64,000 nucleotides of DNA from a bacterium (lineage in GTDB: Bacteria > Zhuqueibacterota > Zhuqueibacteria > Residuimicrobiales > Residuimicrobiaceae): contig JAKPUX010000233.1 in the NCBI GenBank assembly GCA_029554865.1, forward strand, positions 23,003 through 87,002, in the 5' to 3' direction. The notes beneath the pieces were generated by a model. It did no database searches, was not told where the DNA came from, and worked only from the letters and a program-made list of their open reading frames with translations. Within the stretch, counting starts at the first letter, position 1. Each line of letters begins with the position of its first letter. Shown one piece after another: positions 1 through 9,729 of this stretch. The translations under genes were made by a program, and so were the position numbers.

Positions 1-13
1 GCTCTCCAGAATC

Positions 14-787
14 ATGCTGTGGACGCTCGCCATGTTCCTCTTCAGCATCTTTTTCGGCGCCGTGATGGTCTTTCTCGCCGGTCCCAAAACGGGACTGCTC
101 GCAGAGACCCTCTTCATTATCCCGGCGCTGTTATTTGTCTACAGGCGGAGAATGCCTTTCGCGCGCACCTTCCGGTTCAATCCGGTCTCCCCCCAGATCC
201 TCTTTTATACCCTGCTGCTCGCACTGCCAGTCATGATACTGGGTGATGAACTGGACCGTCTCATCGCCATTTTCTTCCCGCTGCCCTCCTGGTTCGATGT
301 CGGGGACCTGATGTCGATTCATTCCCTCAGCGATGGCTTCCTCATCATCGGCAACGGGGTTATTGTGGCTGCTATTGCCGAGGAGATGCTCTTCCGCGGC
401 TTGATTCAGCGTTCGCTTGAGCGCATGCACGACATCGCCACGGCCATTGCCCTTTCGGCCATCATCTTCGCCATGTTCCATTTCAACATCTGGTGGATGA
501 TTCAGATCACCCTGCTGGGCCTGGTGCTGGGGTATATCGCCTGGCGCAGCGACAGCATCTGGCCCGCCATCCTCATCCACGGATTCAACAACCTGCTCTC
601 GATTCTCGCCGCCAATGCCGCTGAGGAGAAACTTGCCTGGTATACCTCCGGCGAGCATGTCCACTGGATATGGCTCGCCGCCTCCCTGCTGCTCCTGATC
701 CCGGCCTTCGCCGGCTTTCAAAAGGCCTGCACTGCACGCCGCCTACCGGCTGCCACCGACCGAACCATAGGAGATGACCATGATTAA
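14..787 (+). CDS. CPBP family intramembrane metalloprotease (CAAX/Abi-type)
   Basis: 257-aa polytopic ORF with the three CPBP motifs EEMLFRG (EExxxR), FAMFHF (FxxxH) and LIHGFNN (HxxxN). There is no in-frame stop between the window edge and the ATG, so it could be 5'-partial. Confidence 0.75.
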   Translation: MLWTLAMFLFSIFFGAVMVFLAGPKTGLLAETLFIIPALLFVYRRRMPFARTFRFNPVSPQILFYTLLLALPVMILGDELDRLIAIFFPLPSWFDVGDLMSIHSLSDGFLIIGNGVIVAAIAEEMLFRGLIQRSLERMHDIATAIALSAIIFAMFHFNIWWMIQITLLGLVLGYIAWRSDSIWPAILIHGFNNLLSILAANAAEEKLAWYTSGEHVHWIWLAASLLLLIPAFAGFQKACTARRLPAATDRTIGDDHD

Positions 788-2312
788 GAGCATGCCTCAG
801 GTCCGCATCGGCATGATTCAGTCCGCCGAGACCATCCGCTTCCAGTGTACCTCCGGCTTTGCCCTGCTCGATCTGCAGGACCGCCGCATCGCGGAGGGAA
901 CGGCTGGCGCTGTGCAGGAAGCGGTGATCGCCCGGGCCGAGAGCGCCAGCCTCCACTTCCGCGTCCGCCTTGCTATCGCCCTGACCGGGGAAGAGGCGCA
1001 CCTGCTGCAGGAAAAGCTTGCTGCCCGGAATATTGCCACTTTCCTCTGGCGCCCTGGGGTCGTGCTCGAACTCGCCGATTTCGTCATGGACAATCGTGAG
1101 TACTGGATCGTCACCGAGCCTTTCGCCGACGAGGCCGCCGCCAAATCCTTTGCCGCAGGATATGAACCCGTTGGTGAGGCAGTGGTGGTCAAAGAAATCG
1201 TCCGCAAGGCCACCGGCACGCTGAGGGTGATGGATCAAACCATCACCGATGGCTGCCGGGTCGTCCCGGAGGATCCCGAGGCCCATATCCAGCTCCTCGA
1301 TGTCACCGTTGGCATCGAATTTCACTGGCAGCATAAACGCACTCAGCTCCTGCCCGGCATCCTCGAAATCTGCTTCAACAACGCCGGCCGGCTTCAAGCC
1401 ATCAATGAGCTGGATGTCGAGACCTATCTGATCAGCGTCAACTCTTCGGAGATGACCAAGGAGAATCCCATCGAGCTGCTCAAGGCCCAGACCATCGCCG
1501 CCCGCAGCACCATCCTGGCCACCATGGGCAAACACCACTACGATGAGAGATTCCACCTTTGCTCCGATGACCACTGCCAGTGTTATCACGGCGTGGCCAA
1601 CATTTCGGAGCACTCCCGTTTTGCCGCGCAAGAAACCGAGGGCGTCAACCTCATCCACGGCGGCCGGGTCTGTGATGCGCGCTACGCCAAGATCTGCGGC
1701 GGCATTATGGAGGACTATGGGCATATCTGGGACAACCGCGAGGTCCCCTATCTCGTCTCCGGTGTCGACGGCCGGGAAAAGCTGGAGTACCCCCTCGCCA
1801 ACGAAACCCAGGTCAAAGCCTATATCGACAGCTCCCCGGATGTCTGGTGCAACACCCAGCGCTACGAGATTCCCTCCTCGCTGCCCTACAATACCAGGGA
1901 GCTCTTCCGCTGGCGGGTCTCCTATCCGCGTCTCGAACTGGGAGAGTTGATCAGCCGGCGGCTGAACATCACCTTCGGTGAGCTGGTGGACCTCATTCCG
2001 GGCGACCGCGCTCCAGGCGGAAGGCTCATCCACCTGGATGTGGTCGGCAGTGAACGCACGGTGCGCATCGGCAAGGAACTGGTCATCCGCCGCGCCCTCT
2101 CCGAAAGCCATCTTTACAGCGCCTGCTTCTACATCGAGCGCGACCGGGACTCCGGGGGGCGGGTGACCCATTTCCATTTCGTCGGGGCCGGCTGGGGCCA
2201 TGGGGTCGGTCTCTGCCAGGTGGGCGCCACCGTCATGGCCCAACAGGGCTTTGACTGTCAGGCTATATTGAGCCACTATTACCGGGACAGCCGGCTGGTA
2301 AAACTCTACTAA
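774..2312 (+). CDS. SpoIID/LytB domain protein (amidase-enhancer family)
   Basis: 512-aa ORF with the C-terminal GAGWGHGVGLCQVGATVMAQQG signature typical of SpoIID/LytB. The start is ambiguous: ATG 774, or ATG 780 just after AGGAGA. It overlaps the upstream CPBP gene. Confidence 0.75.
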   Translation: MTMIKSMPQVRIGMIQSAETIRFQCTSGFALLDLQDRRIAEGTAGAVQEAVIARAESASLHFRVRLAIALTGEEAHLLQEKLAARNIATFLWRPGVVLELADFVMDNREYWIVTEPFADEAAAKSFAAGYEPVGEAVVVKEIVRKATGTLRVMDQTITDGCRVVPEDPEAHIQLLDVTVGIEFHWQHKRTQLLPGILEICFNNAGRLQAINELDVETYLISVNSSEMTKENPIELLKAQTIAARSTILATMGKHHYDERFHLCSDDHCQCYHGVANISEHSRFAAQETEGVNLIHGGRVCDARYAKICGGIMEDYGHIWDNREVPYLVSGVDGREKLEYPLANETQVKAYIDSSPDVWCNTQRYEIPSSLPYNTRELFRWRVSYPRLELGELISRRLNITFGELVDLIPGDRAPGGRLIHLDVVGSERTVRIGKELVIRRALSESHLYSACFYIERDRDSGGRVTHFHFVGAGWGHGVGLCQVGATVMAQQGFDCQAILSHYYRDSRLVKLY

Positions 2313-2396
2313 AATCCTTTCCGCAGACCCGGCCCTCTGTCACTATCTTACTATAGATTAGTACAATGCAGGCCCGCCAACTGACTGCGGAATGGT

Positions 2397-2753
2397 ATGA
2401 AGATAGTGATTTATAACGACGAGCTGCGCTCCGGGATGCAGATGTATCTGGCCTTGAGCAGCCGTCATGATGTGCGCGTCGCCCAGGATGTGGATGATCT
2501 TTTCACCATGCTGGATCAGACCGCCGCCGACCTGACCATCCTCGATCTGGTCTCGCCGGCGACCCCTGACGAGCAGGTGGATGGCTTCGACATCGCCCAC
2601 AAGATCCAGGCCCAGCACCCCCAGGTCAAACTCGTCGGGATCTACGATCAGGGAGATCAAAACCTGGTTAAAAAAGCCCGGGCTAACGGGATTGCCGAGC
2701 TTATCGCCCGACCAATTAAAAACCGCGAACTTCTCGGACTGATCGAAAAATAG
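2397..2753 (+). CDS. single-domain response regulator (receiver only)
   Basis: 118 aa with receiver layout: IVIYNDE acidic N-terminus, DLTILDL phospho-acceptor region and a C-terminal ARPIK region. No output domain. Confidence 0.6.
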   Translation: MKIVIYNDELRSGMQMYLALSSRHDVRVAQDVDDLFTMLDQTAADLTILDLVSPATPDEQVDGFDIAHKIQAQHPQVKLVGIYDQGDQNLVKKARANGIAELIARPIKNRELLGLIEK

Positions 2754-2794
2754 GGTTGGCGGGAAAAATTAACAGCACGGGCATATGCCGCTGT

Positions 2795-2827
2795 AAGGCC
2801 GGTCTCTTTATCGCCGGCCTTTTTTTA
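2795..2827 (+). terminator. rho-independent terminator after the receiver gene
   Basis: AAGGCCGG (2795-2802) pairs with CCGGCCTT (2814-2821) around an 11-nt loop, followed by a T-run to 2826. Confidence 0.75.
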
Positions 2828-2890
2828 TTAACAAACCTGTTGCATCTGGTGTGCATAAGCTGTACTTTTACTGAAAAAGACAAGAGCGAT

Positions 2891-4501
2891 ATGAGCATGG
2901 AAACCGATTTTCTCGTCATCGGCAGCGGAATCGGCGGGCTTTCGGCCGCTCTCAAGCTGGCTAAAAAGGGCACGGTTGCGATCATCACCAAAAAGCACAA
3001 GTCGGAATCGAACACCAACTACGCCCAGGGCGGCATTGCCTCAGTTTTCGACAAGGGGGACACGTACGAGCTCCACATCCAGGATACCCTCACTGCCGGA
3101 GCCGGCCTTTGCCATGAAGATGCCGTCCGCCTGATCGTCGAGCAGGGACCGAAGCGGGTCAAGGAACTCTTCAATATCGGCGTCCCTTTCACGCGCAACG
3201 CTTCTGGCCAGTTCGATCTCGGCCGGGAGGGCGGCCATCACCACAACCGCATCGTCCACGTCAAGGACCACACCGGCCGGGATGTCGAGAGCGCTCTGCT
3301 CGAGGCCGTGCGCCAGAATCCCCAGATCACCGTCTTTGAACACCATATGGCCGTCGAGCTCATCACCGAGCATCATGTCTTCGCCGCGCGGCCGGCCACC
3401 GATCTCTCGATCAACTGCTGGGGCGCCTACGTGCTGGACATCAACGACAACCGGATCGAGCAGTTTATCGCCAGGGCTACCGTGCTCGCCACCGGCGGCT
3501 GCGGTCAGGTCTACCTCCATACCACCAATCCCTCCATCGCCACCGGCGATGGCATGGCCCTCGCCTTTCGCGCCGGAGCCACCATTGCCAACATGGAGTT
3601 CATGCAGTTTCATCCCACCTCCCTCTATCATCCGGAGGCGAACTCCTTCCTGATCTCCGAAGCGGTGCGCGGCTTCGGCGGGCGGCTCATCCACAAGGAT
3701 GGGGAGTCCTTCATGGAAAAGTACCACCCCATGGCTGCCCTCGCCCCGCGGGATATCGTCGCCCGTGCCATCGACACCGAACTCAAGAAGCGGGGCGTCC
3801 CCTGCGTCTTTCTCGATGTCAGCCATCTGGAGCCTGAGGCCGTCCGCAACCGCTTCCCCAACATCTATGAGAACTGCATGCGTTACAAGATCGATATCAC
3901 CAAAGAGCCCATCCCGGTGGTTCCTGCCGCCCATTATGCCTGCGGCGGGGTCAGGACCGATCTCAAGGGGCGCACCAGCATCGCCGGCCTCTTCGCCTGC
4001 GGGGAGGTGACCTGCACGGGGGTTCATGGCGCCAACCGTCTCGCCTCCAACTCCCTGCTTGAAGCCGTCGTCTTTGCCCATGAGGCCAGTCAGGCCGCCA
4101 TCCGGTTTGCCGCCAAACGGAACAGGATACCCACTCCCATCCCCCAATGGGATGACAGCGGCACCTTCAACCAGGAGGAGTGGGTTCTGATCTCCCATGA
4201 CCGCCTGGAGATCCAGAACATCATGTGGGATTATGTCGGTATCGTGCGCTCAAATGCCCGCCTCGAGCGCGCCCTGAGCCGCATCCGCCTCATCCGCCAG
4301 GAGATAGAAAACTATTACAAGCGCACGCGGGTCACCGAGGGCCTCCTCGAGCTGCGCAACCTGGCCACAGTGGCTCAGCTGATGATCCTGTCGGCGATGC
4401 TGCGCAAGGAAAGCCGCGGACTTCATTATACCACCGATTACCCGAAAAGGGATGATGATGCCTTTCTGCATGACACCCTCATAGATCGCTCGGGTGTCTA
4501 G
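2891..4501 (+). CDS. nadB: L-aspartate oxidase
   Basis: FAD motif DFLVIGSGIGGLSAAL, YAQGGIA, and C-terminal GLFACGEVTCTGVHGANRLASNSLLE. Start moved to ATG 2891, because the ORF-track start at 2756 would run through the upstream terminator. Confidence 0.93.
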   Translation: MSMETDFLVIGSGIGGLSAALKLAKKGTVAIITKKHKSESNTNYAQGGIASVFDKGDTYELHIQDTLTAGAGLCHEDAVRLIVEQGPKRVKELFNIGVPFTRNASGQFDLGREGGHHHNRIVHVKDHTGRDVESALLEAVRQNPQITVFEHHMAVELITEHHVFAARPATDLSINCWGAYVLDINDNRIEQFIARATVLATGGCGQVYLHTTNPSIATGDGMALAFRAGATIANMEFMQFHPTSLYHPEANSFLISEAVRGFGGRLIHKDGESFMEKYHPMAALAPRDIVARAIDTELKKRGVPCVFLDVSHLEPEAVRNRFPNIYENCMRYKIDITKEPIPVVPAAHYACGGVRTDLKGRTSIAGLFACGEVTCTGVHGANRLASNSLLEAVVFAHEASQAAIRFAAKRNRIPTPIPQWDDSGTFNQEEWVLISHDRLEIQNIMWDYVGIVRSNARLERALSRIRLIRQEIENYYKRTRVTEGLLELRNLATVAQLMILSAMLRKESRGLHYTTDYPKRDDDAFLHDTLIDRSGV

Positions 4502-4533
4502 CCAAACCAGGACTCACTTGCCGGAGTGCGCCG

Positions 4534-5670
4534 ATGATCATTTCAAAGATTGAAATTCGCGCCTTCAAGTCGATTTACGAGCTGACCCTGCCGCTGGATC
4601 CCCATATCAATGTCCTCATCGGCGCCAATGAGAGCGGGAAATCGAACATCCTCAAGGCCCTCGAAGCCTTCCGGGACAAGGTGGCATTGGACGCCTCCTT
4701 CACCTGTCAATACTCCAACCACTACTATCTGGCCAAGGCTCCAGAACTCGCCCTGGAGTTTACCGGCTTCACCAAGGAAAACCGGCGGCTGCTCCAGCTG
4801 CTCTCCGACACCTTCAAGGAGGTCGACCGGTTCACCATCCGCAAGGACGGCCCGACCCTCAATGACTACCATCTCTTTATCGATGGCAGCGCGGTGGAGT
4901 CGGTCGATATCGCCAAACTCCTGCGCGTACTGCCCAAGATCCTCTACTTTCCTGACATCCGGCTGCTGAAGAACCGGGTGGACTTTGACGATCTCCTTGC
5001 CGGCCTGCCCGACTGCGCCACCGAACGCAACCTCCTGAAAATCGGCGGTGTCGACAACTATGAGTTGATCTTCGAGGACAATGCCCGCGGACGGCGCGCC
5101 CTTGAGGAGGCCAGCCGCATCATCACCGAGCAGCTGCGCCGCGTCTGGTCCCAGGAACCCTCGATCGAGGTCAAACTCAACGTCAACGGCCGCTCGCTCT
5201 ATATCGATTTCAGCGACAGCACCACTGTCTTCGATACCCCGGAATCGCGCAGCCTTGGCTTCCGCTGGTACCTCTCCTTTTATGTCAATTTTCTCGCCCA
5301 AACCTTCGAGGCCCAGGCCAACGAATACCTCTTTCTATTCGATGAACCGGGCATCCATCTCCACCCCGCCGGGCAGAAGGACCTCATGAAGGTCCTCGAG
5401 GAGCTGGCCCTTAAAAATCAGGTGGTTTTCACCACCCATTCGCCCTTCATGATCGATCGCCAGTTCCCTGAACGGGTCATCCTGGTCGTGAAAGACAAAA
5501 ACGGCACCCGCATTGACAACCAGGCCTATCGCGACCACTGGAAGCCTCTGCGTGAAGAGATCGGCCTGAAGGTCGGCGATCTCTTTTTCTTCAGCGACTC
5601 CAGCATCATCGTCGAACTCCCCACCAGAAAGTCTGGCCTCCTCGAAAAACTCAAGGGCAAAGCCGAGTGA
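4534..5670 (+). CDS. ABC/SMC-like AAA ATPase of the OLD-family type (AAA_15/AAA_21-like), without a Toprim nuclease domain
   Basis: N-terminal IEIRAFKSI...LIGANESGKSNILKAL (Walker A), LFLFDEPGIHLHP (Walker B/D-loop) and FTTHSPFMID (H-loop region). The ORF ends about 20 aa after an IIVELPTRK stretch that resembles the first Toprim strand. Confidence 0.65.
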   Translation: MIISKIEIRAFKSIYELTLPLDPHINVLIGANESGKSNILKALEAFRDKVALDASFTCQYSNHYYLAKAPELALEFTGFTKENRRLLQLLSDTFKEVDRFTIRKDGPTLNDYHLFIDGSAVESVDIAKLLRVLPKILYFPDIRLLKNRVDFDDLLAGLPDCATERNLLKIGGVDNYELIFEDNARGRRALEEASRIITEQLRRVWSQEPSIEVKLNVNGRSLYIDFSDSTTVFDTPESRSLGFRWYLSFYVNFLAQTFEAQANEYLFLFDEPGIHLHPAGQKDLMKVLEELALKNQVVFTTHSPFMIDRQFPERVILVVKDKNGTRIDNQAYRDHWKPLREEIGLKVGDLFFFSDSSIIVELPTRKSGLLEKLKGKAE

Positions 5671-5754
5671 CCGCATGCCAGCTGTGACCATCGCACCCGC
5701 ATGCTGGCGGCAAAGCCCCGGCAGCGGTCTGAACCGGAGTGAGGGCGGGGCGGC

Positions 5755-6558
5755 ATGAGCGAGCCGACTGCCTATAAGGAGAGGTACTGGCTCTATCAGT
5801 ATCGCCTCGGCCGCGAATACCTTTTGCCCCTGCTGGCGGAGTGGGGGATCGGTCTGGAGGGGCGCCGCGTGCTCGATATCGGCTGTGCGGAGGCGGGCAT
5901 ACTCTGCGCGGTGGCTGATGCAGGCGGGAGCAGCGTCGGCGTGGAATTGAGTCCCAGCCGTCTCCGGCTGGCCAGGCAGTTCGCTTCCCCCACCCATCTC
6001 ACCAGGATGGAGCTCATCGCCGCCGATTTTTTTCACATGCCGCTCAAACCCCAGGCTTGCGACTTTGACCTGATCCTCCTTCGGGATGTTTTCGAGCACC
6101 TGCCCGACAAGGCGGCGGCCTTTTCCGCCCTCGTCCGGCTCATGGAGCCGGAGACGCGGCTCATCCTGACTTTTCCGCCTTTCTACTCCCCCTTTGGAGG
6201 GCACCAGCAGATGCTCGGCGGTCTTCTCCGCCGCATGCCCTGGTTTCACATCCTGCCCGGACCCCTGTGGTGGTTTTTCGCCGGCCATATCAAAAAACGC
6301 GATCCCAACCCCCGCTTCCTTCTCGAGATGGAGAAACTGCGCCGGCACAGGATGACCATTGCCCTCTGCAAGCGGCTGGCCCGGCGGCATGGTCTTGAAA
6401 TCGAGGGGCAGAGATACTATTTCAGCCGCCCCAGCTACCAGCTGCGTTTCGGCTGGCCCGTCATCCAGGCGCAGACGATAGGCCGCATCCCGGTGCTGCG
6501 CGAACTCTTCATCACCGGCGCCGTCATCATGATGAGAAGAAAATGGCCCGCGTCCTGA
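5755..6558 (+). CDS. class I SAM-dependent methyltransferase
   Basis: RVLDIGCAEAGIL motif I (GxGxG-like), acidic VGVELS motif II, and LILLRDVFEHLPD post-motif typical of Methyltransf_11/23-type enzymes. Confidence 0.7.
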   Translation: MSEPTAYKERYWLYQYRLGREYLLPLLAEWGIGLEGRRVLDIGCAEAGILCAVADAGGSSVGVELSPSRLRLARQFASPTHLTRMELIAADFFHMPLKPQACDFDLILLRDVFEHLPDKAAAFSALVRLMEPETRLILTFPPFYSPFGGHQQMLGGLLRRMPWFHILPGPLWWFFAGHIKKRDPNPRFLLEMEKLRRHRMTIALCKRLARRHGLEIEGQRYYFSRPSYQLRFGWPVIQAQTIGRIPVLRELFITGAVIMMRRKWPAS

Positions 6559-7865
6559 TCACCACTTACTACTTTCCCCCTGCCGGGGGCGCCGGCGTCC
6601 AGCGCACACTCAAATTCGTCAAGTATTTGCGAGAATTCGGCTGGGAGCCTGTAGTGCTGACCGCCCGGGACGCCGACTATCCAGCCTTCGATGAATCCCT
6701 GGCTGATGAACTCCCCGCTGATCTGAAAATCTACCGTGCGCCTCTCTTTGAGCCTTACCGCCTCTACCGCCGCTTCACCGGCAAGGCCGCTGGCACCGCC
6801 ACGGACATCGCCACCCTCACCAGGGATGACAAAAGCCAGCAGAAAACGAGCGAACGGATCTCCGAATGGATCCGCGCCGCCCTTTTTGTGCCGGATGCCC
6901 GCATGACCTGGCTCTACCCCGCCTGTGCCCTCGGCCGAAAAATTATTCGCGAGGAGAAGATCGACTTGCTCTTCTCCTCAGCGCCCCCCTACACCACCCA
7001 CCTCATCGGCCGCAAGCTCAAGCGGTCTTCGGGACTCCCCTGGGTGGCCGATTTCCGGGACAGCTGGATCGGCTGGCTCTCGACGCCGCAGTGGCGGCCC
7101 GCTCCCGCCCGGGCCCTGGAGCGACGCATGGAACGCGAGGTTCTAACGGAAGCGGACCGCATCCTCACCGTTTCCCCTGGTGTCGAAGAGGACCTGCTCA
7201 GCCGCCACCCCGCGCTCCGGGATGCGCGCTGGCGCCGCCTGCCCAATGGCTTCGACGCAGCCGATCTGGAGGGCATCACTCCGGCGCCCAGATCGCCCGG
7301 CTTCACCCTGATCTACACCGGCTCCATGTACGGCAACCGCAATCCCCGCGCCCTGCTGCGCGCCCTCGAACGTCTGCAGGATACGCGTTATCCGGGGCTT
7401 GAAGGGCTGCGCGTCCGCCTGGTGGGCCGCGTCGGCGAGCCCATCCTGCAGGAAATCACCGCCTCCCCTGCGGGCCGCCACTTCGAGCATATCCCCTACG
7501 TCACCCACACCTCAAGCTTGCAGCACCTGCTCGCCGCCGATGCCGCCCTGCTCATTATCGACGACGCCCCCGCCAACCGCGGCATCGTCACCGGCAAGGT
7601 TTATGAATATATCGGCGCACGCCTGCCCATCCTCGCCCTCGCCCCGGAAGGGGATGCCGCCGCCCTCATCCGCGATCATGGCCTGGGCTGGTGCGCTCCT
7701 CCGGCGGATATCGAGGCCATCACCGCCGCCCTCCGCAGCCTGCTTGAACGACGGCAGCCCCCTGGGGCGGAGCGGAAAGAAACAGCGTGGCAGCTCTTCG
7801 AACGCCGGGAACAGACACGGCAGCTGGCCGGAATCTTCAACGAAGTGGTCCGTTCCGCCAAATAA
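6543..7865 (+). CDS. glycosyltransferase (GT4-like, GT-B fold)
   Basis: N-terminal VLITTYYFPPAGGAGVQRT and a C-terminal Rossmann half with a YEYIGARLPILAL-type segment. It overlaps the upstream methyltransferase by 16 nt. Confidence 0.65.
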   Translation: MARVLITTYYFPPAGGAGVQRTLKFVKYLREFGWEPVVLTARDADYPAFDESLADELPADLKIYRAPLFEPYRLYRRFTGKAAGTATDIATLTRDDKSQQKTSERISEWIRAALFVPDARMTWLYPACALGRKIIREEKIDLLFSSAPPYTTHLIGRKLKRSSGLPWVADFRDSWIGWLSTPQWRPAPARALERRMEREVLTEADRILTVSPGVEEDLLSRHPALRDARWRRLPNGFDAADLEGITPAPRSPGFTLIYTGSMYGNRNPRALLRALERLQDTRYPGLEGLRVRLVGRVGEPILQEITASPAGRHFEHIPYVTHTSSLQHLLAADAALLIIDDAPANRGIVTGKVYEYIGARLPILALAPEGDAAALIRDHGLGWCAPPADIEAITAALRSLLERRQPPGAERKETAWQLFERREQTRQLAGIFNEVVRSAK

Positions 7866-7893
7866 AAACGGCCGCTGCAGATGCAAGCGGCCG
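7862..7893. terminator. hairpin terminator between convergent genes
   Basis: CGGCCGCT (7869-7876) pairs with AGCGGCCG (7886-7893) around a 9-nt loop. The A-run on the plus strand (7862-7868) gives a T-run for the minus-strand transcript. Confidence 0.6.
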
Positions 7894-7916
7894 CTCTCAA
7901 AGGATTTGCGCAGGGA

Positions 7917-8498
7917 TCAAAGGGAAGGCTGTTGGTCGGCTTTTTTTAACTCAAAAAGATGGGTCCTGCTCCGCCCGATCGTGAGACGCAGGAAAGGCCG
8001 GACCCCGCTCAGGTAGAAGAGGGGATGGTACCAGGCAATGCGGGTTTGGTGCCGCACAACGGCAAAACCGGCGGAATCGAGCAGATGCTTGAAGCGCAGC
8101 TGGTCATATTCATGGAAATGCTGGTTGTTCCAGAAAAGATGGGGCCGATAGGGCGTAGTGAGAAATATGCGCGTATCCTGGCTGATATAGCGATGCAGAC
8201 CGTCAAGAAAGTGGAGCGGATTCATCAGATGCTCAATCACTTCAAAACAGAAAACATAGTCATATTTCTGTTCCGGCGCGCTCCACTCCCGGTCAAAATC
8301 TCCCGAGGTAAACGAGATCGGCAGATTGAATTGTTCGGCCATGAGAGTGTCGAATCGGTTTTCGGTCCCGATGGAGAGTACGGCTCCGTTTCCGGTTATG
8401 CCCTCCTGCACGAATTTCCGGGTGAACTTGAAGCGCACCCTGCCCTGAAAATCACGGACATCGCTCGAATCGACTTTTAGGTTGAGTTTTTTGGCCAT
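7917..8498 (-). CDS. class I SAM-dependent methyltransferase
   Basis: YDYVFCFEVIEHLMNP motif. Start set to ATG 8498, which is preceded by GGAAAGG. The longer ORF-track start at 8618 has no RBS. Confidence 0.6.
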   Translation of the reverse strand: MAKKLNLKVDSSDVRDFQGRVRFKFTRKFVQEGITGNGAVLSIGTENRFDTLMAEQFNLPISFTSGDFDREWSAPEQKYDYVFCFEVIEHLMNPLHFLDGLHRYISQDTRIFLTTPYRPHLFWNNQHFHEYDQLRFKHLLDSAGFAVVRHQTRIAWYHPLFYLSGVRPFLRLTIGRSRTHLFELKKADQQPSL

Positions 8499-8699
8499 AG
8501 ATACCTTTCCTTGTTGATGACCGGGATGATTCGCACCGACTGCGAACAAGTTAGAAAAATCCTCAAAATAATACAAGCAGATATTCTCCCCGGCGCATGC
8601 GGGCCCGGTATCGGCCATGCGGCCCGGGGGAGATCGGAACCTCTTGTTAATCCACGAGAAACTCCTTGATTCTCTACCACGATTGCTTTACATTACCCC

Positions 8700-9725
8700 A
8701 TGCCTAAAACGGTCCTGTTCATCAAACCATCCAACAGCACCTTCATTCTCAAGGACGAAACCTTCCTCCAGGAGGAGTACCGCCTCTTCAGCCACCACTA
8801 TGTGTATGGCAACGCCCTCCGCCACCTCTGCAGCACCATCCATCTGTTCTTCTGGCTGCTCCGGCGTCTTGCCGCAGCGGATGTGGTGATCGTCTGGTTT
8901 GCCGATTATCACAGCTGGCTGCCGGTTGTGCTGGCCAGAATTCTGGGCAAGCCGTCGATCGTAATGGTGGCGGGTTATGATGTCGCCCGCCTGCCGGAGT
9001 TCAACTATGGTGTCTTCGTCCGCCGCTTCAGGGGCTGGTGCGCGCGTATCGCTCTGCGCAACGCGGACCACCTCTGTCCGGTTGCCGCATCGCTGGTCGA
9101 GGACATCCGCACCCACATCGGCGCGGTGAAGGGCCGCATCCAGGTCATCCCCTTCGGCTTTTCAGCGCAGAAATGGTATCCGGCTGGAGAAAAGGAGAAC
9201 AATCTCATCCTCACCGTCTCAGTCGGTGAGGACCTGCGCAGAATGCGCATCAAGGGACTGGATCTCTTTGCAGCAGCGGCCCAACGGCTGCCGGAAGGCC
9301 AGTTCATGATTATCGGACCCCAGGGAGAGATGCTGAACCATCTGCGCGAGCTGCAGATCCCCAATCTGCAGCTGCTGCCCCCGCTTCCCCCCGCTGAGCT
9401 GCTCTCCCATTTTCAGCGCGCCGCAGTCTATGCCCAATTCTCGATCCGCGAGGGCCTCCCCAATGCCATCCTCGAAGGCATGCTCTGTGAATGCATCCCC
9501 GTCGGCGTGCCCGCCGGTGGCATCCCGGAAGCCATCGGCGATGCCGGTTTTATGGCCGCCAGCCGCAGTGTCGAAACGGTGGTGGAAGCCTTGCACCAGG
9601 CCCTGGCAGCCGACCGGCAGCTGGGCCGGAAAGCCCGTGAACGGACGATGATCCTCTTTTCTGAAGAGCGCAGGCGCAGCGCCCTCAGGGAGATCATCGC
9701 TGGGGCGGCCCCTCACGCCAACTGA
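8700..9725 (+). CDS. glycosyltransferase family 1/4 (GT-B)
   Basis: C-terminal EGLPNAILEGMLCECIPVG (EX7E-type Glycos_transf_1 signature) and an N-terminal GT4-like half. Confidence 0.7.
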   Translation: MPKTVLFIKPSNSTFILKDETFLQEEYRLFSHHYVYGNALRHLCSTIHLFFWLLRRLAAADVVIVWFADYHSWLPVVLARILGKPSIVMVAGYDVARLPEFNYGVFVRRFRGWCARIALRNADHLCPVAASLVEDIRTHIGAVKGRIQVIPFGFSAQKWYPAGEKENNLILTVSVGEDLRRMRIKGLDLFAAAAQRLPEGQFMIIGPQGEMLNHLRELQIPNLQLLPPLPPAELLSHFQRAAVYAQFSIREGLPNAILEGMLCECIPVGVPAGGIPEAIGDAGFMAASRSVETVVEALHQALAADRQLGRKARERTMILFSEERRRSALREIIAGAAPHAN

Positions 9726-9729
9726 AACC

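Noticed and set aside
585-2276. Long antisense ORFs opposite real genes: 585..2276(-), 3041..4198(-), 12330..13574(-), 17190..18140(+), 33228..34715(+), 38306..39355(+), 48778..50364(-), 58410..60368(-), 60611..62107(+), 62881..63747(-).
   Set aside because: Each lies fully opposite a gene with strong family motifs. Their translations are Gly/Arg/Ala/Pro-rich, low-complexity and motif-free, which is typical of shadow ORFs in GC-rich DNA.
2756-2890. 5' extension of the nadB ORF (start at 2756).
   Set aside because: The extension runs through a rho-independent terminator (2795-2827) and encodes a Cys/Leu-rich non-homologous peptide. The FAD-binding fold begins right after ATG 2891.
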